Origin: a virus
Strand: one strand, 5' to 3'
Length of the DNA stretch: 64,000 nucleotides
Virus record (IMG/VR): IMGVR_UViG_3300021091_000012
Each line of letters starts with the position of its first letter. Position 1 is the first letter of the stretch. A model generated the notes under the pieces. That model ran no database searches. It saw only the letters and a program-made list of their open reading frames with translations, and was not told where the DNA came from. Positions 36,320-45,609 of the stretch are shown here, piece by piece. Position numbers and translations under genes: made by a program.

Positions 36320-39300
36320 CTAACAAGATATGTAACTAAAATCATCTTTTCTATCAACCGTAAGTATATTGTCAACCATGTCGCGCACTACGTCAATATG
36401 TGAGATAACTAAACTAAATCGGAAGATATCTTTTATGTTAGTAAACAGTGTGTGCATGGAGTTTAGGTTGCTACTATCCAACACACCTAACCCCTCATCA
36501 ATTGCAATAAAGTCTGGTTTTGGTAGATTTGTAATCTTAATCAGTGCAATACGAATTGCTATAGATGATAGGAAGCGTTCCATACCCGAACTAAGCTCTA
36601 ATGGCCACTTATCATCCTCATAGCAAATGAATGCGTTAATGTTCTTACCATCCGTCTCTAATCTAACTTCAAAGTCTGTGATCTGGTTTAGAATCTGGTT
36701 AGTGTGGTGCTGAATGAATGGTACAGCTTTGCTAATTAACTGGTATGGAATACCATCTTTGTACATTGCTTTGCAATATACATCGTATGCGTCTTGCTCC
36801 TCCAGCAACTCTTTCATGCGTGCTATTGTCTTGTTGCAGTCAGTAATAGTTTGAATAGCGACTTGAACCTTGCCATGGTAGTCTTTTACGGTGTTATTAA
36901 GCTTGGATTGATTAACCGCTTTAACATTCTTCTCTTTGTTGAGCTTACTAATCTCGTCTTGGATTGCTTTGTTGTTATCCAAGATTGCAACACTTTCGTG
37001 GTATAGTTTAACGTCAGCTTGAATCTCTTTGATATATGTTTTAAGCTTATCACGATGAGCTTTTGCTCTTTCCAAGCCAACGCTGGCTGTTGTACGGTTG
37101 AGGTCTAGTGCTTCTCTCTCTTTTAGCATTGCTTCGAGTTCTTTGGCTTCTTGATCAATAAACGCGTTTTGTTCGAGAAAATCAACACACTCTTTGCGTT
37201 TTTGAAGAAACTCCGCTACAGTTTGCTTATCCTCTTCTAACTCTTTTTTTGTCTGCATAGCATCTTGGACAAAAACATTAGAGACACAATATTGACAATT
37301 TGGATCGTACTGATGCTCGTTGAGTTTTGACAGCTTTTCTAGCTTATTTTTAGTTGTAAGCTTTAGTGTGTCAAGCTCCTTATCTAACATCACTTTGGCT
37401 GCTAACTCGCTTTGATAGTCGTTGTACAAGTTGGTGTTAAATACCTTCTTTTTGTTCTCAATCTCATAACATTTTAGTGAGTGATCTCGTTCAAACTCTT
37501 GATAGGTTTGCTTACTTGTTTTACACTTATCTTCCCACTCTACTAACGATTGTTGGGATTGATGCAAGTCAGCTTCTAAATTTTCTAAATTTAGACCGTC
37601 ACCCTTGCATGGTTGAAGTTCTTTGTTTAGTTCTAATAGTTTATCGTTAATTTGCTGTATCTCTTCGTTGACTACCTCTAACTCGCTATGAGCCATTTCA
37701 TACTTGTCTTCATATAGCTCTTTAGCTCTCTCCGCATCTCCTAATTTTGTTTCAAAATCTTGCTTTTGGTACTCTTCTAATGTTATAGTTGCCTTACGAT
37801 TGTTTTTATTTGCTAACTCATATAGCGAGTCAAAAATAGTAACATCCAAAAAGTTTGCTAGTAAATCCTTTCGCTCACTCTGTGTCTTATCTATAAAGTT
37901 AGAGTTATTCTGTTGAAGTGATAGTGCTGTTAAAATAAAGTCATCAAACGTACCAACATACGACTGAATGATTTTATCTGTATCTCGCCTCTGTTCACCG
38001 TTAAGTGATACTTTTTCACCATCCTCGTTTATGTACCAAAAGTCAATCTCTACTCGCAGTCTCCCCTTCAAAGCACCATGCTTATACTTAAATGCACGTT
38101 TTTGTATAAAATAATCAACACCCTCAAGTTCAAAATTAAATTGGCAATCAAAGTTCTCACATCTTCTGTTTAGTACCTGGTCGGCTGATTTTGCTCTGAA
38201 GGATTGATCAAATAAACAAAAGCACAAAGCATCTAGTATTGCTGACTTTCCAGCATGGTTTGGTGCAAATAAGCCACATGTTCCAACTTTTGTACCAAAG
38301 TCTACTGTGTTATTTAATCCGTAACTAAACATATTACTAAAAACAAACTTCTTAGGTTTCCACACTACGTTGCGAGCTATCTCTGGAAGCTGTAATTCTT
38401 GATTTAGTTTTTTGTTAATCTCTAAAACCTTTGTAATAGTTTCTTCGTCAGTATTTGTATTTGTAAGGTATTCTTGTAGTAATGCATTTTGATATTGTAC
38501 ACTTCGTACATCGCCTTGATTAAGGCTTGCATCCGTCAAATCAGAACCCAAACCACCAATACTCTTATCTAATCTAATAACAACTGCGTCTTTATTCTTA
38601 TATTGCCTGCGAATTGTTGCTAAGACTCTTTTTATCTGTGCAGAGTCTGTATTGCGTGTTCGTATTCTTAAATTTGTTTTTGCTGTGATTGGTAGGTTGT
38701 CGGGCAAAACTCCATCTGTAATTTCTAGGGTATAGTATCCGTATTCGTTTGGTATGTCATGGAAAGTGCACGCAACACCTTTGTCTGGTGTTAAATTAAT
38801 TAGTGCATATCCATGTCCTTCATATACTTCTCCAAAGTTTTGTTGTACGAGAGATCCTGGATAGAATATGGCTGGCTCGTTTTCGTTGAGTACTTGTCGC
38901 TTATGTATATCACCAAGTGGAGCTACATCAAATCCTGCAAACAAATCCCAACTTAATCCACGTTCTAATACTAATCCACTATCAACGCTACTATTAGCAA
39001 TAGTTCCGTGATATAGTGCAACTAACTTTCTATATTTTTCTGGTTGTTTGATTTGATCGTAAGTAATGTACTTATCAGGTTCATCTAGCAGTGAGAATAA
39101 ACTGATACCAATATCTCCTATCTCATAAAAACCTGAGTTGCGTAGATAAAACAAGTTAGGGTGATTGTTGCTTTCTACAATTGGTGTAAGTGCGTCGAGT
39201 CTGTGTGGATTGTTTAGGTTAGCATCATGGTTTCCTGTGATAACAATAGTTGGACGTCTATCAGCTAATCCGTTAAACAAATACGTTACCATAGCAATGA

Positions 39301-39505
39301 GCTCTGGACTCATATCTGTCTTAGCGTGAACAATATCGCCACCTACAGTAACAATGCTGTTTGGCGGTAAACTATCAACTGCTGCGAATAGTTTATTAAA
39401 AATTTCTTTAAACTCCTTATGTCGTTTCCAGTTGCGCAGATGGACGTCTGCTATGTGCAATATGTGATCTACCCTGTTTAACTTACATTTGATCTTGTTT
39501 ATCAT
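36320..39505 (-). CDS. Fused Mre11/SbcD nuclease and Rad50/SbcC ATPase (T4 gp47-gp46 equivalent)
   Basis: ADVH, GGDIVH, GNHD and GDIH phosphoesterase motifs; APNHAGKS Walker A, coiled coil with CQYC hook, LSSGMERF signature, IAIDEG Walker B, ISH. Confidence 0.92.
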   Translation of the reverse strand: MINKIKCKLNRVDHILHIADVHLRNWKRHKEFKEIFNKLFAAVDSLPPNSIVTVGGDIVHAKTDMSPELIAMVTYLFNGLADRRPTIVITGNHDANLNNPHRLDALTPIVESNNHPNLFYLRNSGFYEIGDIGISLFSLLDEPDKYITYDQIKQPEKYRKLVALYHGTIANSSVDSGLVLERGLSWDLFAGFDVAPLGDIHKRQVLNENEPAIFYPGSLVQQNFGEVYEGHGYALINLTPDKGVACTFHDIPNEYGYYTLEITDGVLPDNLPITAKTNLRIRTRNTDSAQIKRVLATIRRQYKNKDAVVIRLDKSIGGLGSDLTDASLNQGDVRSVQYQNALLQEYLTNTNTDEETITKVLEINKKLNQELQLPEIARNVVWKPKKFVFSNMFSYGLNNTVDFGTKVGTCGLFAPNHAGKSAILDALCFCLFDQSFRAKSADQVLNRRCENFDCQFNFELEGVDYFIQKRAFKYKHGALKGRLRVEIDFWYINEDGEKVSLNGEQRRDTDKIIQSYVGTFDDFILTALSLQQNNSNFIDKTQSERKDLLANFLDVTIFDSLYELANKNNRKATITLEEYQKQDFETKLGDAERAKELYEDKYEMAHSELEVVNEEIQQINDKLLELNKELQPCKGDGLNLENLEADLHQSQQSLVEWEDKCKTSKQTYQEFERDHSLKCYEIENKKKVFNTNLYNDYQSELAAKVMLDKELDTLKLTTKNKLEKLSKLNEHQYDPNCQYCVSNVFVQDAMQTKKELEEDKQTVAEFLQKRKECVDFLEQNAFIDQEAKELEAMLKEREALDLNRTTASVGLERAKAHRDKLKTYIKEIQADVKLYHESVAILDNNKAIQDEISKLNKEKNVKAVNQSKLNNTVKDYHGKVQVAIQTITDCNKTIARMKELLEEQDAYDVYCKAMYKDGIPYQLISKAVPFIQHHTNQILNQITDFEVRLETDGKNINAFICYEDDKWPLELSSGMERFLSSIAIRIALIKITNLPKPDFIAIDEGLGVLDSSNLNSMHTLFTNIKDIFRFSLVISHIDVVRDMVDNILTVDRKDDFSYISC

Positions 39506-40434
39506 AGTTGCATTTTTAATTTAATCAAGTCGAAAAAATCTACCGGTTTTGAACCGGTTATCACTTCAATCATACCCTCATAGCCAACTTCGCTTGGATC
39601 CTTTCCTGGTAGGGTTATCATGCTAACTTGTATTCCGTGATTAATAAAGTATTCTATTTCTTGTACGCTAGTTTTGAATGCATCCTGGTCTAGTGCTAAG
39701 TAAATTTGCTTGACTTTTTCTTTTATTATTTTTGATCTTAGATTGTTTAAGATTCTCTTACCAAACAATGGAATGGCATTGCGTTTAACTGCTATTGCAT
39801 CAAACGCTCCTTCCACTATTGTAATAGGCTCTCGCCAATTTATCTGATTCTCAAAACCTACAATATCTTTAGATACGGGTGGATTTTTGTGTGGAATTGT
39901 AGCTTGTGAATAATAACTTCTACCAACATAGTAATTAAGGGAGTTGTCTTCATTGTAGCTTGGTATTATTACCATACCAGCATACGGTCCTTTTTCACAG
40001 TAACCTACTTGATATCTTAGTATATCTATTGCTGTTAATTTTCTTATATTCAACGCATAGTGTAATGCGTTTCTATAGTCTGGAGTTCCTGCATTGACGT
40101 GTAGTGGTTTGTATCCTTCTGGTAGTGATACCAACTGACGTGATACATCTTGCATCTTGGTTGATGCTCTACCACTATCTCCATACAAGTCTCGCGCTTT
40201 TTTTACTATTTCAAAGGGTGCATTGCTCTTTTTAAGCAATGAAGATATTGTCTGTCCTTTTGCATCACAAACCCAACAATGCCACTTTTGTGTCACTAAG
40301 TTGACTTGAAGTTTCTTCTTGTAATGGTTACAGAAGGGACAATGGTAACTAACCTCTCCAGTCTTTCTATGATTGGTTGGTGATCCTAAAAACGGATCCA
40401 ATATGTTTCTTGCTTGAGATACACTTAACGTCAT
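39502..40434 (-). CDS. DnaG-type primase-like protein (zinc finger + TOPRIM)
   Basis: CPFCNH...WHCWVC, YYVGR, IVEGAFDA, LDQD, KDPSE. ATG 40434 is preferred over TTG 40443. Confidence 0.85.
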   Translation of the reverse strand: MTLSVSQARNILDPFLGSPTNHRKTGEVSYHCPFCNHYKKKLQVNLVTQKWHCWVCDAKGQTISSLLKKSNAPFEIVKKARDLYGDSGRASTKMQDVSRQLVSLPEGYKPLHVNAGTPDYRNALHYALNIRKLTAIDILRYQVGYCEKGPYAGMVIIPSYNEDNSLNYYVGRSYYSQATIPHKNPPVSKDIVGFENQINWREPITIVEGAFDAIAVKRNAIPLFGKRILNNLRSKIIKEKVKQIYLALDQDAFKTSVQEIEYFINHGIQVSMITLPGKDPSEVGYEGMIEVITGSKPVDFFDLIKLKMQL

Positions 40435-40440
40435 ATTAAA

Positions 40441-40471
40441 CAACTATACAAAGTTTTTTGCAATTAGCAAA
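40441..40471 (-). promoter_or_regulatory. Possible Bacteroidota-type host-sigma promoter
   Basis: Minus strand TTTG-N19-TATAGTTG, one mismatch to TTTG-N19-21-TAnnTTTG. Confidence 0.4.
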
Positions 40472-40873
40472 CTAATCTAACCATTTGGTTGGAATTTCTT
40501 TGTCTGCATAAACAAACCCATGTTTGTTACACCAATCTGCATATGTTGTTTTTGATCCTTTTCGTATTTTAGCTTTTGAATTTTGAAACACAAAACGGAT
40601 ATCTAAATCAGGATGTTGTTGCTTTATTAGTATGTGTTTTTTTCTATCTTGCAACACAAATCTACCTTTTGTTTCTATAAAAATTCCATTAGGTAACCTG
40701 AAATCCGGAGTGTATTCGTGATAAGTTACCGGTTTAGTGTACAATACTTTATGCTGTTCATATTCCCCATCAATACTTTGCTGTTTGAGTGCATTGTCGA
40801 TGTCCTCCTCTAAACCACTTCTGTAGCCATGTTTGACAGCTGCCTGCCTTTTTGTAAACCTTTTTTTTGCCAT
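40472..40873 (-). CDS. T7 endonuclease I-like Holliday junction resolvase
   Basis: YRSGLEE, YTPDFRLPNGIFIETKGRF, DRKKH, HPDLDIRFVF, TTYADWC. Likely start MAKKRF at 40873. Confidence 0.92.
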   Translation of the reverse strand: MAKKRFTKRQAAVKHGYRSGLEEDIDNALKQQSIDGEYEQHKVLYTKPVTYHEYTPDFRLPNGIFIETKGRFVLQDRKKHILIKQQHPDLDIRFVFQNSKAKIRKGSKTTYADWCNKHGFVYADKEIPTKWLD

Positions 40874-40874
40874 A

Positions 40875-43649
40875 TTATCTATCAAATCTTACTATGATTG
40901 TTGTATCGGTGTTGTCTGGTAGTTGGATTGGTGTGTTAAGCTTTGCAATTGCCACCAAACAATGGTAGTTGTCATATAAGCCAACAGTGGTAACATACGG
41001 CTTAAAGCTTGAACCAGTCACAAATGGTCTAAATATGTATTGATTGTATTCTGGGCTGTATACCTGCATTGTTGGATTGTTGCTTCTAGTAAACTCTCCG
41101 GGATTAATTGTGCATGATATCTCAGTCTCCCATATTGTATGGGTTCCTCTTGCTTGAATATCTATAACATCCATATATCTTGCTGGGATAGAGGTTAGAG
41201 TTATCATTCCGTGGTTGTGGAATACGTTGCCAACAAATCCATTACCTACATTGAGGGTTTCTTTTAGTAATGTAATTTCTGAATTGGCAAGTGTTCCGTT
41301 GTACACTTTGATATTATCAATTACTCCATCAAAAGCTCGTTGCTTTTTCCAGTCATTGCCAATATAAATATTTGCTTTATTGCTACAAAAAGATGGAATA
41401 GGAACGTCAGATTCTGACGAAATTAGCGCTCCATCAATGTACAATTGTATCATTGATCCACTTTTAATTGCAGCAACGTGGTATAGTTGGTTTAATGTAA
41501 GAATACTACTACTCACAGCAGCAACTTCTATGTTTGTATCTCTTTCAAACTTGATACGAAGGTCGGGCGTTAGGGACAATCTATAAGGTGAGCGTTGGTT
41601 TGCTGGAATTGTATACACATTTGCATTCTCATCAGTACGCAAGTCTATAGCTGGTCCTTCTTTTGTTATGAGAATGCTGCCAGATATGTTTGGTGTTCCT
41701 TGTGGACACACCATCATGGTAATTGCAAAATTGCCATTCTCAAAGTTGTACATATAATCATACTCAGCAACTTCGGTTGATGAAACTATTAAACTCGAAC
41801 TTTGCGCTGATGAAAACTTAGGTACAATTCCTAGAAGATCTTTGGGTGCAGCCGCTGGAGCTGATGATCCAGTTAATTTTACAAACTCAACGTTACTATA
41901 AGCGGTTTGCATACTCCAAGTACCTCTATTAAAACTAGAGGTTATAGATATTGGTCCTTTTTGATAATATCGATATAAGTTATCGAAAGGCCACATACCA
42001 ACTGGAGTTGCGTCTACAGATCCTGAGATAACATTGCCGTAACTCGAAGTATAGGCGCCTGATATGTGTAAGTTTCCATATAAATCATCTACTAATAAGA
42101 AGTTTTGAGTTCCTTGGCTATCGTAGTAAGTGACCTCTAATTTAACTGATTCCGGTAAAAGTGATTCTCCAAACTTAGACTGTGGTAGACTTATGATTTG
42201 AGCTTGATCTTCCAAAAACCTAAACTGCGTATTTATGTTTCCTGATCCGAAGGTAGCTCTTGTGTTTGTATAAAACTTATCGTAAAATAAATTATCTAAT
42301 GAGCGATGAACTACTCTCTGATACTTTCCGTTAGATGTTAGTGGTTCTGTATACTGATAATGCCGATTACCTTGATCAAATAAAACTTCTAGAGGGTTTG
42401 TTCTTGCATGATTAGATGTTGGTTCATAATCTGCCTTGTATACTGAATACACCGGGGTATATTCACAATCTAAATCAATAAGATTTACACTTCCAGTCTG
42501 AGACAAACCAATAAAGGTTGTTAAATTATCGCCCTCAATAAAAAGATCGTTAATTGCTCCGAAATGCTTAGGATCACCAATTTCTCCCGTGTAAGGATCT
42601 ACCGTGTAAAACACAGTATCAATCAAGCTGCTTGTGTTGTATCCTACAATTCCAATCCGACCAGTACTATTTTTATTAATACTTGCCTGCAAAGTCCTTC
42701 CTAAGCTAATCCATCTTCGAGTATCTATTGGCTCTCCCATTACAATTCCACCAGTAGTTGTTGTTGTAAAGTTTGGATAGATTTCACCACTAACACATAT
42801 TACATGTAAATTTCTAGTATTGTCAACTGAGACTGATCCGGTGCTAAAGGTGTTTTTATCTTCTAGAATATCAGCCACTCCATCTAAAACCAACACCAAT
42901 CCGCCCGTAGTTGGATCAAACCTATATAATTCATTATTTTCAAACAATACGTAATAGTAAGACGATACACCATAAACTATTTTTTTGCATGGTGCGTTTA
43001 CGCTAACTTGTGTATCATTTCCAGCATATGGAAGGTCTATAAGATAGGCTCCATTACTTCCAGTATGAAAGGTTACACCACTTGTACAAACACTCACCCC
43101 TTCCATGTTTATATGGGTATAGTTTTCTGAGTAACCTGGAGCTGTTAGTCCTAATTCTGAACCAAGAACTCCTGATGCCATATGAATTTGACCAACCCCT
43201 CCGTTTCCGCAATAGTACAATTGACTGTTTGCTATGTCTGCTGATAGATCGTTTACTGTAAGGCAGTGGACTACAAACGCACTAGAAACAACATTAAGAT
43301 TTTGGTCAAGCACTCTTGTGAGCGTTGTACTATCGGCCGATACTATATATTCGTGATTAAGGTCTAATGAGGTTTTTATTGCGGTAATTGGGTCTCCGGT
43401 GTCAGTATCGAGTACTGTATAATCATCTCTAATATCCAACTTAGCTATTGTTCCGTTGGGTCGGTCGACGGTGTAGATATATTGCGGGTTATCTGTAAGG
43501 GTGACTACTTGCTGTGGTATAGATAAGGCGTTGTTTGCCAATTGATAACTATAATCGCAATAGTTAAGGTGATCTGCCCACAACTTGTAGGTTCTAAATG
43601 GAGTGACTCTTACATCACTCTGATCGAGACTTTTGAAAATTCCTGCCAT
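40875..43649 (-). CDS. LamG/concanavalin-domain baseplate or fibre protein
   Basis: YHVAAIKSGSMIQLYIDG...IYIGN...FDGVIDNIKVYN; C-terminal VGLYD...LVAIAKL. Confidence 0.75.
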   Translation of the reverse strand: MAGIFKSLDQSDVRVTPFRTYKLWADHLNYCDYSYQLANNALSIPQQVVTLTDNPQYIYTVDRPNGTIAKLDIRDDYTVLDTDTGDPITAIKTSLDLNHEYIVSADSTTLTRVLDQNLNVVSSAFVVHCLTVNDLSADIANSQLYYCGNGGVGQIHMASGVLGSELGLTAPGYSENYTHINMEGVSVCTSGVTFHTGSNGAYLIDLPYAGNDTQVSVNAPCKKIVYGVSSYYYVLFENNELYRFDPTTGGLVLVLDGVADILEDKNTFSTGSVSVDNTRNLHVICVSGEIYPNFTTTTTGGIVMGEPIDTRRWISLGRTLQASINKNSTGRIGIVGYNTSSLIDTVFYTVDPYTGEIGDPKHFGAINDLFIEGDNLTTFIGLSQTGSVNLIDLDCEYTPVYSVYKADYEPTSNHARTNPLEVLFDQGNRHYQYTEPLTSNGKYQRVVHRSLDNLFYDKFYTNTRATFGSGNINTQFRFLEDQAQIISLPQSKFGESLLPESVKLEVTYYDSQGTQNFLLVDDLYGNLHISGAYTSSYGNVISGSVDATPVGMWPFDNLYRYYQKGPISITSSFNRGTWSMQTAYSNVEFVKLTGSSAPAAAPKDLLGIVPKFSSAQSSSLIVSSTEVAEYDYMYNFENGNFAITMMVCPQGTPNISGSILITKEGPAIDLRTDENANVYTIPANQRSPYRLSLTPDLRIKFERDTNIEVAAVSSSILTLNQLYHVAAIKSGSMIQLYIDGALISSESDVPIPSFCSNKANIYIGNDWKKQRAFDGVIDNIKVYNGTLANSEITLLKETLNVGNGFVGNVFHNHGMITLTSIPARYMDVIDIQARGTHTIWETEISCTINPGEFTRSNNPTMQVYSPEYNQYIFRPFVTGSSFKPYVTTVGLYDNYHCLVAIAKLNTPIQLPDNTDTTIIVRFDR

Positions 43650-43666
43650 TTAGTATAAATATGACT

Positions 43667-43701
43667 AAAAAACAAACCCTTTACTTTTGGTAAAGGGTCT
43701 G
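43667..43701 (-). terminator. Intrinsic terminator
   Basis: Minus strand ACCCTTTAC-CAAAA-GTAAAGGGT followed by TTGTTTTTT; TATTTATA follows at 43654-43661. Confidence 0.8.
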
Positions 43702-43718
43702 CTAATTGACATACAATA

Positions 43719-44795
43719 TTAGTAATCTAATTTTACTTTTACAAGTGCTTCTCGGTTAAAGCTCTTCAATAGTGGCCGACTTAGTTTTGCTACTGCTACC
43801 AGTCTGTTTAGTGTATCGTACATTCCAATTGTGGTAATGTAAACGCTTGGATTTCTAATCATACTAGCATGTAAAAATTGTCCGCTAGACCCTGTTACGA
43901 ATGTTGGATTGTTAGAAAAGTTAAACTGCCTGTTTGTAATTCTACAAAAGTAATGCGTTGAAGTTACCTTCTCTTCGCTTCTAGCCAAGAAGTTAGATGA
44001 TCCAGAAACCCGCGCGTATAATAGTAAGTGGTTCCTTGGTTGTAATGGGGGAACGAGAGAGTCTAATGTATTTGGATTACGCTTATCAACTGCAAGTCCT
44101 AAACTTGAGCTTAATCGAGTAGCATTAAAAACAAATACACCTTGGTCTGGATAAAATAATCCAAATTGAACTGCAGACTGCGTGACACCTCCCGATCCAC
44201 TATATATACCAAATACTCGACCTGCTTCGTTTATGGTAGGTGAATCACCTTGACCGCTTGCATCTATGAATGTTGAGAATACTGTACCCCAGTTTGCTGC
44301 TGTCGATCCACTTCCTAATCTAAGCTCCCAGTTTCCCGGATCTACTTTTTGACGAAAACGTGAACGTGCTACATTAATAACAAAAATGTCAGCAGGATTA
44401 TCGGTACCACCCGAACCATTACTAAAAGTAAATGTTCTATCTGTTGGTGGTAGTAACATGTTTCTATACTGAGCATAGATTGCTCTGGTTGGTGTGTCGT
44501 TTATATTCTGGCCAGTTGTATTAGGATCACCAAAAGAACCACTTCCATCCTTGTGACCATATGCAATAGCAAATTGAATTGCAGCGTTTGGTGAAGATTG
44601 TGGATTACGATGAAATATATTCATGTAGTAATCTCCAGACTGCGACATTTGTGCAGACGAAGTAAAGAAGCCAATACCCTCAGCGTAGCTTCGGGAGTAT
44701 GGGTTCATATTCTCTGACCAAATTGGTTGTGAGATTGTCTGAATATCTCCTGCTACTATGTCGTCTTCTGTAAAAAATTTATAAATTTCAGCCAT
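43719..44795 (-). CDS. Virion structural protein (baseplate/collar), paralog of the 40875-43649 scaffold
   Basis: FNFSNNPTF and YITTIGMYD...LVAVAKLSRP. Confidence 0.7.
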   Translation of the reverse strand: MAEIYKFFTEDDIVAGDIQTISQPIWSENMNPYSRSYAEGIGFFTSSAQMSQSGDYYMNIFHRNPQSSPNAAIQFAIAYGHKDGSGSFGDPNTTGQNINDTPTRAIYAQYRNMLLPPTDRTFTFSNGSGGTDNPADIFVINVARSRFRQKVDPGNWELRLGSGSTAANWGTVFSTFIDASGQGDSPTINEAGRVFGIYSGSGGVTQSAVQFGLFYPDQGVFVFNATRLSSSLGLAVDKRNPNTLDSLVPPLQPRNHLLLYARVSGSSNFLARSEEKVTSTHYFCRITNRQFNFSNNPTFVTGSSGQFLHASMIRNPSVYITTIGMYDTLNRLVAVAKLSRPLLKSFNREALVKVKLDY

Positions 44796-44805
44796 GTTTT
44801 ATTTT

Positions 44806-45567
44806 TTATTTCAATGGTGTTGCGCTTTGAATATCAAGTTGTAAGAATTGTGAAGGATCAACCGTAATAGATACTGTTTTGAATCCACCAGTCTCATTAC
44901 CAACAAGGGTAAGTAGAGCACGTTTTGTTGTAATGCTTCCAAATGCGTTAGTGTTTTCTTGTGGTTTAGCTTTGATAATGAATTTAGTACCAGTTTTTGT
45001 GATAGTTTTTCCAGCTGTTGTAGCTCCAGTTACCTCATCATCTAAGAAGCTTGTTACTGCCATTGCTCCTTGCGTATTATATTGATTGATTCTAGTATCA
45101 GTACCTGCAGGGCTTGATCCAGCAATTGTGCCATCTGGAGCCACTTCTAAGGAAGCGACCGTGTCATCACTCAAAATAGCTGTATATCCTGCTGAGTCGT
45201 TTCCACCTGCCAAATTGAGTGTACTTGGTGTTACAGTTACTGCTTGCTTTAATGATGTAAGTGTTATGCTTGATGGTTGAACACTAATAACTGGAATACC
45301 AATTACATCTTTTGGTAGTGTGATTAGCTTGTATCTTAGCATTTGTGTTTCGTCTGGTAGTGCTTCTAATACAGGCATGTTTTCAATTACAGCTCCATAG
45401 TAGTTTGTACCCAAAGTGTGTGCGGGATTGTACAAGTCATAATCAATCTCGTCATCTGAGAGAGCAAATTTTACAATGTTTAGTTTTCCGCCTGATGCTA
45501 AAATTTGACGTCCTTTGTTGGTAAGAATAGCGTCTACTGTTACCGTTGTATTATCTAAATACCCCAT
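44806..45567 (-). CDS. Virion structural protein (baseplate/collar)
   Basis: MGYLDN...DAILTNKGRQILA...KFALSDDEIDY. Confidence 0.7.
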   Translation of the reverse strand: MGYLDNTTVTVDAILTNKGRQILASGGKLNIVKFALSDDEIDYDLYNPAHTLGTNYYGAVIENMPVLEALPDETQMLRYKLITLPKDVIGIPVISVQPSSITLTSLKQAVTVTPSTLNLAGGNDSAGYTAILSDDTVASLEVAPDGTIAGSSPAGTDTRINQYNTQGAMAVTSFLDDEVTGATTAGKTITKTGTKFIIKAKPQENTNAFGSITTKRALLTLVGNETGGFKTVSITVDPSQFLQLDIQSATPLK

Positions 45568-45609
45568 ATTGTGTTTTGTTTATTATAAATATGTTCTAAT
45601 TCTAAAAAC

